64,000 nucleotides of DNA from Candidatus Pacearchaeota archaeon. GTDB lineage: Archaea > Nanobdellota > Nanobdellia > Pacearchaeales > UBA284. The translations under genes and the position numbers were made by a program. Location of the stretch: positions 80,339 through 144,338 of the forward strand of contig JAVZYK010000001.1 in assembly GCA_038886195.1 (NCBI GenBank), given 5' to 3'. The stretch's first letter is position 1; every line of letters begins with the position of its first letter. This document shows, in pieces, positions 19,096 to 28,021 of the stretch. The notes under the pieces are model-generated. The model saw nothing but the letters and a program-made list of their open reading frames with translations. It did no database searches and had not been told where the DNA came from.

Positions 19096-21436
19096 GCTTC
19101 GGAACTTTTGGGGCTGGAGACAATTTTTTCTTTACTATTGTTTTAACAGCTGTTTTTTGTGGCATTGCCGGTTTTGCCATTGCCATGGGTTTGGGCATTG
19201 GCTTTATAGGAGCTTGAGCTGTTTGAGGCATTGTTCTAGTAGTAATTGATGGCAATCCTCTTGGCGGCATGCCTCTAGGTGGAATTCCAAAACCATATTC
19301 AATTGTTGGAGGAGCCGCTTTTGGCTTGCCTTTAATTTTTATTTTGCCTGTTTTGATAAGATAGAACAGTGCTAAAATAATTACGACGATAATTATTATA
19401 ATTAAAATTGTTGTTGGAAAACCACCTTTTTTCTTGCATTCGCCCAAGCAGCATCTTGAAACATCAGATGCTTGTTTAATTGTGCCTTTACAAGTCATGC
19501 TAGCATTACATGGCACACCTCTTTGTGCTGAACATGATTTTAAACATTGACCTTCACAACATTTCAATGCATCGCTTGTTTCATAACTATTGCCACCAAC
19601 ACAATTTTCATCTGTTTCACATTTATTATAATTACAAGTTTTAGGAATGCACCTGCCGCCTTGTATGCAACAAGTGGTTAAGCCATTGGTGTCAGAGGCA
19701 TTTACAAGAACGCCATCTTTACAATCTTCATCACTAGAACAAATTTCGCCACCTTTTTGCTGGCAAGTTTGTGGTGCTTCAGTACAATAGGCTGTTTGAC
19801 AACAATATAAAGTATCGCTTGCTTGAATCCATTTATCTTGCAAGCAAGAATAGCCAGAATTAGGATCACAATAGGAGCCATTAGCTTGCTGGCAAGTTAA
19901 TGTTGCTGTCGAGCAAATTCCTTTACAACAATAAGGCGAGTCACTGGAATAGATGAAAGGAACTATTCTTCCTTGACTTGTACATTCTTGGCCAAGTCCA
20001 CAAACTGTGCCGCCTATTTCGCTAACACATAATGAAATGCTATAGTTTTTACAACAAACTCCGCTTTGGCAACTATAAGGAACTTGGGCTTCTGTGTTTG
20101 AGCAACTTTGTTTGCATTCTCCATATTTCATTTCACAATTAAAGCTTGAAGTTAAATTACAGCACTCTAAAGTTTCAGAACAATAATAGCTTAAAATTGA
20201 TCCATTTAAAACACTACAGTTTGAGACACAATTGAAGCCATAGATTTCACATTCGGTGCGCCATTCGAAATTTGGCCAAACTCCATAAAGCAAAATGGCT
20301 GTTTCTCTAATGTTATCACAACCAGGACATTCCCATGAACCGGCATTAGTTCCAGTTTTTATCTGTTGCTGTAATAATTTTTCTTTAAGTTTTGTTATAT
20401 TTGCATTGATTGTAGAGCCGGTAATTGAAGCAAGGCCCGTGTCATGATATTTATTGTATGCTGTATTGTTAGCAACTATTAAGCCATCTGTACCTTGCAA
20501 TAAAGCAATTGTTTCAGCATAGTTTTGCTGAGAAGTTAATTTATAAAGAATTGCTTCTGGAAGGAATTTTTTATTTTCATTTGCTTTCATAACAAGATAA
20601 GGAATAAAAATTCTTGAAATACTGGGTTGATTAGCAAAAGCATAAGCTGTCCATAAAGTCGCTTCATAATCACAATTGCCCATATTAGCAATACATTTTG
20701 TTATTAGCTTTAATGAAATCACCTCTAAAGGTTGAGCACTTAAGGTTGAACTTACGACATAATATTCTTTTTGTACTCCTGTTTTTTCAAAAAGAAAATT
20801 TCCCATAAAACTGTCGTTACAAGTTATATTGAATTCTTTTTCAAAACATTGTTGGCTCGGGTTTAATTGAAGCCAATACGTTGCATTACTAAAACATTCT
20901 GTGCTACTTAAACTAGAAACTTGGCCTTTTTTATCAAACTCGACAGAAATTTCTGTTGTATCATAGCGGATCATACAGAGTAGATTATTGTTTTGTGGCT
21001 GTGTTAACTGCAAAAGCCAATTACCTCCGATTGCTATTGTAGGTGTAATTGTATTGTTCAGAAGCCATTCGCTTGCTTTGCTTGAATCTTTATTTACAGA
21101 ATCAAGAACAATTTTGGCAAGAGCTGTGTCGAAGGCATTACAACCTGAAGAGGGCCAGCAAGTTCCATTATTATAAGATTTTTGTAATAAAGATCTTATA
21201 GAAGCATCGATTTGATTTTGTGTCAGCTTTTCTTTTAAAGCAAGAAAAGAAAAAACATGTTGTTGTAAATTTAAATTTTGCCATCTTCCGACTGCTTTGC
21301 CTTGAAGCCATGTGTAAGCTTTCTTTATTTGTAAGGTTTCGTCTTGCTGCTGAGCTAAAACTGAAATAGAAAAAATAAAAAAAGAGATGAGAATTATTGC
21401 TATAAAAATTAATGAAATTCCTCTTTTCGAAACCAT
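19085..21436 (-). CDS. large cysteine-rich surface protein (783 aa) with possible class III signal peptide, C-terminal TM and Pro-rich tail
   Basis: N-terminus MVSKRGISLIFIAIILISFFIF. The C-terminal third has tandem Cys-rich modules (xSDxxxCCxGxC repeats). TM (TTILIIIIIVVIILALFYLI) followed by a Pro/Met/Lys-rich tail (PPRGMPPRGLP...KPMPKPMAMAKPAMP). The 3' end overlaps the 3' end of the convergent 916-aa gene by 11 nt. Confidence 0.7.
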   Translation of the reverse strand: MVSKRGISLIFIAIILISFFIFSISVLAQQQDETLQIKKAYTWLQGKAVGRWQNLNLQQHVFSFLALKEKLTQNQIDASIRSLLQKSYNNGTCWPSSGCNAFDTALAKIVLDSVNKDSSKASEWLLNNTITPTIAIGGNWLLQLTQPQNNNLLCMIRYDTTEISVEFDKKGQVSSLSSTECFSNATYWLQLNPSQQCFEKEFNITCNDSFMGNFLFEKTGVQKEYYVVSSTLSAQPLEVISLKLITKCIANMGNCDYEATLWTAYAFANQPSISRIFIPYLVMKANENKKFLPEAILYKLTSQQNYAETIALLQGTDGLIVANNTAYNKYHDTGLASITGSTINANITKLKEKLLQQQIKTGTNAGSWECPGCDNIRETAILLYGVWPNFEWRTECEIYGFNCVSNCSVLNGSILSYYCSETLECCNLTSSFNCEMKYGECKQSCSNTEAQVPYSCQSGVCCKNYSISLCVSEIGGTVCGLGQECTSQGRIVPFIYSSDSPYCCKGICSTATLTCQQANGSYCDPNSGYSCLQDKWIQASDTLYCCQTAYCTEAPQTCQQKGGEICSSDEDCKDGVLVNASDTNGLTTCCIQGGRCIPKTCNYNKCETDENCVGGNSYETSDALKCCEGQCLKSCSAQRGVPCNASMTCKGTIKQASDVSRCCLGECKKKGGFPTTILIIIIIVVIILALFYLIKTGKIKIKGKPKAAPPTIEYGFGIPPRGMPPRGLPSITTRTMPQTAQAPIKPMPKPMAMAKPAMPQKTAVKTIVKKKLSPAPKVPKPSA

Positions 21437-21505
21437 GTTTTTTTAAAGTTATTAAGCTTTAAAAAACTTTTTAAATATCAAAAGCTTGGGATATTGACGA
21501 AAAAA

Positions 21506-22303
21506 ATGTTAAGCAAAAGAGGCAATAATCAAGACAAAAAAGGCCAAGTCACTTTGTTTATAATTATTGCTATTGTCATTGTGGCCATAATTATTCTTGC
21601 CTTGATTCTTGTGCCGAAACTTTTTCCTAAAAAAATTCCAGCTGCGAAAATAACTGATCCTGAAGCTTACATTCAAGATTGTATAAATCTTGCGCTAGAG
21701 CCCATGGTTGAAACTCTCGCAAGCCAAGGAGGTTATCTTGAATTAGGCAATTGTATTTTTTATAAAAATGTTTGCAGACATTATTTATGTTATGTTACAA
21801 TTCCTTACACAGCCTGTGTTAATCAAGAACCATTACTTAAAGAAAAAATTGAATCAATTTTAAAACAAAAATTGCAGCAAGATAATGTTGTTTCGAATTG
21901 CATTAATAAATTTCAAGAAGCTGCCTCGAAACAAGGCTATGATGTTTCAACATGCAGCTCGCCAACATTTTCAGTAAATTTGACAGAAGGCAAAGTTAAT
22001 GTGCCAATTAAATGTGAAATGACTTTAGTTAAGGGCGAAGAAGTCAAGAGAATAGAAAAAATTAATCCTTATTTGCAATGGCCTTTATATGAGTTTGTGC
22101 TGCTTGCTAAAGAAATCATAAATGACGAGATTACAAACACTGATTTTGATCAAGTTGCTTATATGTTAAGACATTATTGGGTTGAAATTGAAAAGTTCAG
22201 AACAAGCGATGATTCAAAAATTTATACTCTTCGCGAGAGAGCGAGTGGCAAAGAATTTGTCTTTGCTGTGAGAAACTATGTATTGCCGCCTGGACTGATG
22301 TAA
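21506..22303 (+). CDS. pilin-like protein with archaeal class III (prepilin-type) signal peptide
   Basis: The track start at 21494 is a TTG. The first ATG at 21506 gives MLSKRGNNQDKKGQVTLFIIIAIVIVAIIILALILV, i.e. a charged leader, then KG|Q, then a 24-residue hydrophobic stretch, which is the FlaK/PibD substrate pattern. About 265 aa, with a Cys-containing globular domain after the hydrophobic segment. Confidence 0.55.
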   Translation: MLSKRGNNQDKKGQVTLFIIIAIVIVAIIILALILVPKLFPKKIPAAKITDPEAYIQDCINLALEPMVETLASQGGYLELGNCIFYKNVCRHYLCYVTIPYTACVNQEPLLKEKIESILKQKLQQDNVVSNCINKFQEAASKQGYDVSTCSSPTFSVNLTEGKVNVPIKCEMTLVKGEEVKRIEKINPYLQWPLYEFVLLAKEIINDEITNTDFDQVAYMLRHYWVEIEKFRTSDDSKIYTLRERASGKEFVFAVRNYVLPPGLM

Positions 22304-22336
22304 AATGAAAAATAAAAAAAAGAAAAAGAAAACAAC

Positions 22337-25300
22337 ATGTGGAAAGGAAAAACTCTAAAAATGATAAAGAATAAAAAGAAGATAAAAGAAATTGATTTAA
22401 TAATTTCATTATTTCTTATAGTTTTGACAATTTTGATGCCAATAACCTTTACAGCTTTACAACCTGAAATTGATCTTGTTAAAGGAGAGATAAAACCAAA
22501 TCCTGTTATTGATTCTTTTGCTTCTGTTTTTTCAAAAGTCATTGGATTTTTTGATGTTGTGCCGAGTGTTATGGCACAAGATCTGGGTTGTTGTGAAATT
22601 ATGAAAAATGGAGCAAAATGTCAAATTAGTACTGAAGATGAATGTCAATCACAATGGCATCAAGGCCAGAGTTGTGATACAATTTGTCAAATTGGTTGTT
22701 GTATTGATTCACAAGGCTTTTGTTCTAAGCAAGCGATTTCAACACAATGTCTTGTTCCGCCTGCATTAAAATTTGTTCAAAATGATCCAAATTGTCAACA
22801 AGACATTCTATGTAAAATGGGTTGTTGTACTGTTGGTTATCAAAAAATTTGGACAACTAACTTAACTTGTTCTAATATTTATCATGGTGTCTGGGACGGG
22901 AATGTTCCTGACGAATTGACATGCATTCAACAAGCTTCTCAAGAACAAAGAGGTTGTTGCAGAAGTTATGCTGGCTGTGAATACATTACGGGAGCTGAAT
23001 GTTCAAGCAAATCAGGAAGTTTCTTTCCTAATATGAAATGTTATAGTGGCGTTCCTGGATGCAATTGCCAATTAAATTCTGAAGGAAAATGTGTTGAAGG
23101 ATTTCCTGATTTATACAAAGCCGATAGTTGCGGAAATGCTTATATTGATGAAATTAAAGAGCAATGCTCTGCAAACGGAGGATTTTGCAATGCAAGTTCA
23201 AACAAATGTCAATCTGGAACCTGTTTTGATGTTTATGATAATTACAACAAAAACAATGGAGATTTTACAGCGCTGCCTGGAAGACATGGACAATTAAGAG
23301 AGAGCGGGGAGTCATGGTGTGTTTATGACAGGCCGGATTTGGTTTGGGGAAATGGGACAGAGCCAGCCGGTTCAAGGCATTGGAGATGTTACTGTGTGAA
23401 TGGTATTGAAACATGCGAACCTGCTTCTGATTACAGACAGGAGATATGCGCTGAGACCTTGTTTGATATAAATAAAGGGAAATTAGAAGATATAAATTAT
23501 ACACAAAGATATTCTAGTTCAAATTATAGAAGTGTAGCGGTTTTTGTTGGCAATCCATGGAGAACGTGTATTTTACTTAATGACGAGGAAAAATGCAATG
23601 CAAATCCTGGCTGTTTTTGGATTACTGGTTTTGCGCCCCTTATAGGGAAAAACGCAGTAGATATCTTTAGGATTGAAGATGGCAAAGAGAAGGGGTGGGC
23701 CGGAGTAAGGGCGGATAGTTTAGCAGAAATCGACAGCGGAGACCCACAATTGGGCACTGTAGTTGGGCCGCCTAGATGCCTTCCAAAAATTCCACCAGGG
23801 CTTGATGTTGGTTTTTTTACTCAATTCCAAAACAAAGAGACTGTCTGCAAGCTGGGGAGTTATTCTTGCACAGTCAAAGACAGACTTTCAGGTGGAGATG
23901 AAAATCCAGAATGTGATGACAATGAATGGATGGAGTTGATGGCTCACAGATGCAGAGCAATTGCAGATTGTGGTGTTTGGTTTAATTATTTACATGCTCC
24001 TTCCGCGAGTCCTCCAGTATACACTGCAACGCAAGATGGAATTCTTATAGCTGAAGTGACTCCTGAATATGATTCCGAAGGAAACGTTAGTGCAAAAGAG
24101 ATTGAAATAAACTATAAACTGTTAGATAATAATTTTACAAAGTTTGAAGAATATAGGGAGATAATAAATGATCCTTCCAAAACTTTTGATATGAAAAGGG
24201 AAAAGGGGGGAGAAGGCGGTTGGGGTTGGGCATTGTTGGTTGATGTTATAGGTTACCTGGTGGCGGCGTTATTTCCAGGAGAGTCGGGTTGGGGTTTGGG
24301 TTTAAGTTTTGAGAAGTTCCGCTTGGTTGGTGCTTGGTGGAGCGGAGAAGAAGTTGGTTTACTTAATGCATACACAGGTATCGCTATTATCTGTTTCGTT
24401 ATTGCGTGGGTTATTCCGGGCCCTCAGTGGGCTAAAGAAACTTTCAGAACATTGGGTTATGGCTTTGCAGCCAAAGGCATTGCAACAGCGCTTGGAGCTT
24501 CAACTCCAGTAGGATGGATTATAGGGGCAGTAGCACTGATTACTTATGCTTTGTTCTTCGCGGTTTGGGATGTTGATCATATGGTTGTTGAATGCTATCC
24601 TTATATGCCGCCTGTGGGCGGAGATGATTGCGAAAAATGCAATGATGATCCAATGAGGCCTTGTTCTAAGTACAGATGCGAATCACTTGGAACTGCTTGT
24701 GTTTGGAAGGGCACAACAGCTGATGGAGTTCCTTGCGAACAGAGCCCTGAACAAGAGTGCGGAATTTGCCAGAAAGAAAATAATGATGGAGCACCTCCTT
24801 TGATTACAAAAGTCTCTGTAAAAGAAGAAGGTTATAGTGTTTCGCCTTCACAGCCAGGAATGCCTCCATCAACAATAGTTATTTCAAAAAATGGCGGCAT
24901 TGATCCCTGGAGTTCTTTCACCGTTACACTTGAGTTTAACGAAAGAGCAGTTTGTAAATGGTATAATAAGCACACTTTGAGCTTCAGTGACATGCCTCCG
25001 GTTTGGTTTGATAGTAATACTTGGAAATACAGTCAGACAATGACAATCCCTGTAGGACAATTGCTTCAAGGCTATAATACTGTTCAGATTTATTTGAGAT
25101 GCGCCGATAGCTATATGAATGCTAATATTGGTGAATATATTTTGCAATTTAACGTTTCAACAACTGACTTAACACCGCCGGTTGTTTTGGGCACAGATAG
25201 AGATTATTATAATAAATTTTCATATGGCGTGACTGAATTGCCTTTATCGATTTATGTTAATGAGATGGCTAAATGCAGATGGGCGAAGCAAGATGTTGAC

Positions 25301-26047
25301 TATAGCTTGATGGGCGGCGAGTGCAGTACAACATTAACACAAACTGGCTTTAAGTGTAACACAACTTTAACTGGCTTACAATCAGAGCCGCCTGGAATTG
25401 CAAATACCTTTTATATTAGATGCAATGACACTTCAGGCAATGTTATGCAGCAATCTTATCAATTAATTCTTTATCCTACTTTGCCTTTAAAAATTATCAA
25501 TATTATACCAGAAAACGGCGCTCACGTTAAAGGTTGTGAGATTAGTGGCGTGGAGCTTGAAGTTGAAACAGCTGAAGGAGCCGAGAATGGCAAGGCAATA
25601 TGCTACTGGCAAAATGGCACTCAATGGCAAAGATTTACTGTTACGAATGATGTTGTTCATTTAACTAATTTATCTGCTGTGAGCCAGACTGTAAATATTA
25701 AATGTTATGATTCTGCATTGAATGTTGCTCAGAATTCAACAAGCTTTACAGTTGAGGCAGATCAAACACCGCCAACCATAACAAGAATCTTTAAAGATGG
25801 CTCGCAACTTGTTATAAGGACTGATGAAGATGCTACATGTGCTTATCATTATGCTTGGGGACAGAAAATTAATAATTGTAATTTTGTTGCTAACAATACA
25901 ATGCAAGCAAGAAAATTTACTACAACTGGCGGAACTGAACATAGGACAGAATGGGACGACGAGCCTTGGTATGTTAAGTGTTATGACAGTTGTGGCAATG
26001 GAATAAACAATCCTTGCACAATAGTTTATCCTTCTGAACTTGAATAA
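22337..26047 (+). CDS. giant cysteine-rich membrane protein (1236 aa) with a central multi-TM segment
   Basis: N-terminal signal anchor, then an approximately 600 aa Cys-rich region with repeated GCC/CxxxxxxC modules. A central hydrophobic block (GWGWALLVDVIGYLVAALF..., IAIICFVIAWVIPG, IIGAVALITYALFFAVW) predicts 3-4 TM helices. A further approximately 480 aa Cys-containing domain follows. Confidence 0.7.
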   Translation: MWKGKTLKMIKNKKKIKEIDLIISLFLIVLTILMPITFTALQPEIDLVKGEIKPNPVIDSFASVFSKVIGFFDVVPSVMAQDLGCCEIMKNGAKCQISTEDECQSQWHQGQSCDTICQIGCCIDSQGFCSKQAISTQCLVPPALKFVQNDPNCQQDILCKMGCCTVGYQKIWTTNLTCSNIYHGVWDGNVPDELTCIQQASQEQRGCCRSYAGCEYITGAECSSKSGSFFPNMKCYSGVPGCNCQLNSEGKCVEGFPDLYKADSCGNAYIDEIKEQCSANGGFCNASSNKCQSGTCFDVYDNYNKNNGDFTALPGRHGQLRESGESWCVYDRPDLVWGNGTEPAGSRHWRCYCVNGIETCEPASDYRQEICAETLFDINKGKLEDINYTQRYSSSNYRSVAVFVGNPWRTCILLNDEEKCNANPGCFWITGFAPLIGKNAVDIFRIEDGKEKGWAGVRADSLAEIDSGDPQLGTVVGPPRCLPKIPPGLDVGFFTQFQNKETVCKLGSYSCTVKDRLSGGDENPECDDNEWMELMAHRCRAIADCGVWFNYLHAPSASPPVYTATQDGILIAEVTPEYDSEGNVSAKEIEINYKLLDNNFTKFEEYREIINDPSKTFDMKREKGGEGGWGWALLVDVIGYLVAALFPGESGWGLGLSFEKFRLVGAWWSGEEVGLLNAYTGIAIICFVIAWVIPGPQWAKETFRTLGYGFAAKGIATALGASTPVGWIIGAVALITYALFFAVWDVDHMVVECYPYMPPVGGDDCEKCNDDPMRPCSKYRCESLGTACVWKGTTADGVPCEQSPEQECGICQKENNDGAPPLITKVSVKEEGYSVSPSQPGMPPSTIVISKNGGIDPWSSFTVTLEFNERAVCKWYNKHTLSFSDMPPVWFDSNTWKYSQTMTIPVGQLLQGYNTVQIYLRCADSYMNANIGEYILQFNVSTTDLTPPVVLGTDRDYYNKFSYGVTELPLSIYVNEMAKCRWAKQDVDYSLMGGECSTTLTQTGFKCNTTLTGLQSEPPGIANTFYIRCNDTSGNVMQQSYQLILYPTLPLKIINIIPENGAHVKGCEISGVELEVETAEGAENGKAICYWQNGTQWQRFTVTNDVVHLTNLSAVSQTVNIKCYDSALNVAQNSTSFTVEADQTPPTITRIFKDGSQLVIRTDEDATCAYHYAWGQKINNCNFVANNTMQARKFTTTGGTEHRTEWDDEPWYVKCYDSCGNGINNPCTIVYPSELE

Positions 26048-26159
26048 AGAAAGACAGCAATTTATTTTTTATCGTCTGTAAATTAAAGATATTTTTCAGT
26101 AACGTAATGTTTAAATAGTGGATAAAAGATAAAATAATAAAGTTAAAGGTAAAAGAAAG

Positions 26160-26798
26160 ATGGCAAATCCATTCAATTTTTTAATAAGGCTTTTTAATGA
26201 TGTTTTCGGAACAAAGAAAAACATAAAATTAGGTTTTTATGGCCCTCCAAATAGCGGCAAGACAACTTTGGCTAATAGAATTTGCAAAGATTGGACTGGC
26301 GAAGAATTGGGAGAAGTATCGAAAATTCCTCATGAAACAAGAGAGGTTCAATTTAAAGAAAAAGTTGATATTAACTTCAATAATAAAAAAGCTACATTTA
26401 AGATTATCGATACTCCAGGTATAGCTACAAAAATAGATTATGAAGAATTTTTACACTATGGTTTGAATGTTAAAGAGGCAAAAAAAAGAGCTAAAGAAGC
26501 TACACAAGGAGTTATTGAAGCAATAAAATGGTTAGATGATATGGACGCTGTTGTTGTGGTTCTTGATTCTACAAAAAATCCTTATACACAAGTTAATATT
26601 ACAATCATAGGCAATCTTGCAGCAAGAAAAATTCCTGTTTTAATTGCAGCTAATAAAATAGATTTAAGAGGTTCTAAAGTTAAAAAAATTGAAGCAGCGT
26701 TTCCAGAGTACAAAGTTGTTGGCATTAGCGCAAAACAAGGCCACAATATGGATTCATTTTATGCTTCGCTTTTCGATTTAATAAAAAAGAGGAAATAA
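26160..26798 (+). CDS. small P-loop GTPase (MMR_HSR1/Era-like, archaeal)
   Basis: 212 aa. G1 GPPNSGKTT, G3 DTPG, G4 NKID. First gene of a tightly spaced three-gene cassette. Confidence 0.7.
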   Translation: MANPFNFLIRLFNDVFGTKKNIKLGFYGPPNSGKTTLANRICKDWTGEELGEVSKIPHETREVQFKEKVDINFNNKKATFKIIDTPGIATKIDYEEFLHYGLNVKEAKKRAKEATQGVIEAIKWLDDMDAVVVVLDSTKNPYTQVNITIIGNLAARKIPVLIAANKIDLRGSKVKKIEAAFPEYKVVGISAKQGHNMDSFYASLFDLIKKRK

Positions 26799-26800
26799 AA

Positions 26801-27187
26801 ATGGGGAAAAATATAACTTTACAATTTTTACCATATGCTGAAATAGCTTATCTTTCTAGTTATCAAAGAGTTAAGAAACTTGTGGAATTGGCTTCTCAAG
26901 AAAAAATTTTGTTAATTCAAGGAAAGTTGGCGCCAGAAGAAGAAGCTGATTTAATTTCAGAAACAATGAAAGCAATAGGCAAGAAAAGTTCAAAGTTTAA
27001 AGGAATTGAACTTGCAAGCTTTGTTCCTAAAGTTAAAAATGTGTCTTTTGGGCAGACAGTGAAAGAAAGCATTGCTCGAGCTTTATTAGGAAGCGATAGA
27101 GACGTCTTTACTGTGATTGGACCAGCAACAATTGTTCGCGAAATAAAGAAGGATCCTACAAAAATACAATTGTTATTAAGAAAATAA
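26801..27187 (+). CDS. conserved-looking archaeal hypothetical protein (partner of the GTPase)
   Basis: 128 aa. Its start is 3 nt after the GTPase stop, preceded by AAGAGGAAA (SD-like). No motif recognised. Confidence 0.45.
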   Translation: MGKNITLQFLPYAEIAYLSSYQRVKKLVELASQEKILLIQGKLAPEEEADLISETMKAIGKKSSKFKGIELASFVPKVKNVSFGQTVKESIARALLGSDRDVFTVIGPATIVREIKKDPTKIQLLLRK

Positions 27188-27219
27188 AAAAGAGAAAAGA
27201 ATAAATACTATGAATTTTT

Positions 27220-27600
27220 ATGTTATTTATGGCTCATCGATGTGTTCGTTGCGGAAAAATTTACAATTCTACCGCTCCCGAGATTTTGAAAGGTTGTAGT
27301 TGTGGTTCTCATTATTTTTTCTTTTTTCGCGACGAGGATATTAAGTTAAAGGAAGAAACTGAAAAATTAACTAGGGAAGAAAGAGAAGAGATAATGCAAG
27401 ATATTAAAGAGATTATTGGGGTGGAAGTAGAAAAGCCAGTCATTCTTGATTTGGAATCAATCAGAATAACAAAGCCTGGGAAATTTGAAATTGATCTCGT
27501 TAGTTTGTTCAAGAGAAAACCAGTAATTTATAAAGTTGCAGAAGGAAAATATATCATAGATATTCCATCTACATTTCATTTTACAATGAAAAAAGAATAA
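27220..27600 (+). CDS. Zn-ribbon-containing small protein (partner of the GTPase)
   Basis: 126 aa. The N-terminal CVRCGKIY...CSCGS is a four-Cys ribbon. Third gene of the cassette. Confidence 0.45.
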   Translation: MLFMAHRCVRCGKIYNSTAPEILKGCSCGSHYFFFFRDEDIKLKEETEKLTREEREEIMQDIKEIIGVEVEKPVILDLESIRITKPGKFEIDLVSLFKRKPVIYKVAEGKYIIDIPSTFHFTMKKE

Positions 27601-27667
27601 AATAGAAAGATTTATATATTGGTTTTTATTAGTTTTTCTACAATAAAATAGTGACAAATTATTAAAA

Positions 27668-28018
27668 ATGATCAATTATAAAGAATTTAAAAATAAAGAT
27701 GTTCTTGCAATTATAAGAGATGCCCAATTAGCTATATCTGATTTGCTTGAACAAGATAGTTGGAAAAAATATGAAAATTCTGTTAGACAAGGAAATAATG
27801 AACCAGAAAAAACATTCATTACTCAAATTAGAAATTTCGCAGATAATAGGACTTCTAGAGATTTAATTTATAAATTAGCCGAAGATGCTGATAACTTAAG
27901 AAAACGATTAAGAAAAGGAGATTTGAATTTTAAAATTGACGATCAATTAAAAAAGAATATTTACAGGGCACTTTCAACTTATGTTGGACTAATAACTTTA
28001 ATAGAGGGAGAAAATTAG
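27668..28018 (+). CDS. hypothetical protein
   Basis: 116 aa. Helical and charged, no motif recognised. Confidence 0.35.
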   Translation: MINYKEFKNKDVLAIIRDAQLAISDLLEQDSWKKYENSVRQGNNEPEKTFITQIRNFADNRTSRDLIYKLAEDADNLRKRLRKGDLNFKIDDQLKKNIYRALSTYVGLITLIEGEN

Positions 28019-28021
28019 TTA

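Noticed and set aside
21437-21505. Partial inverted repeat AAGCTTTAAAAAACTTTTT...AAAAGCTT in the divergent spacer between the 783-aa and the pilin-like gene
   Set aside because: Arms are short and imperfect in a very AT-rich promoter region. Could be chance.
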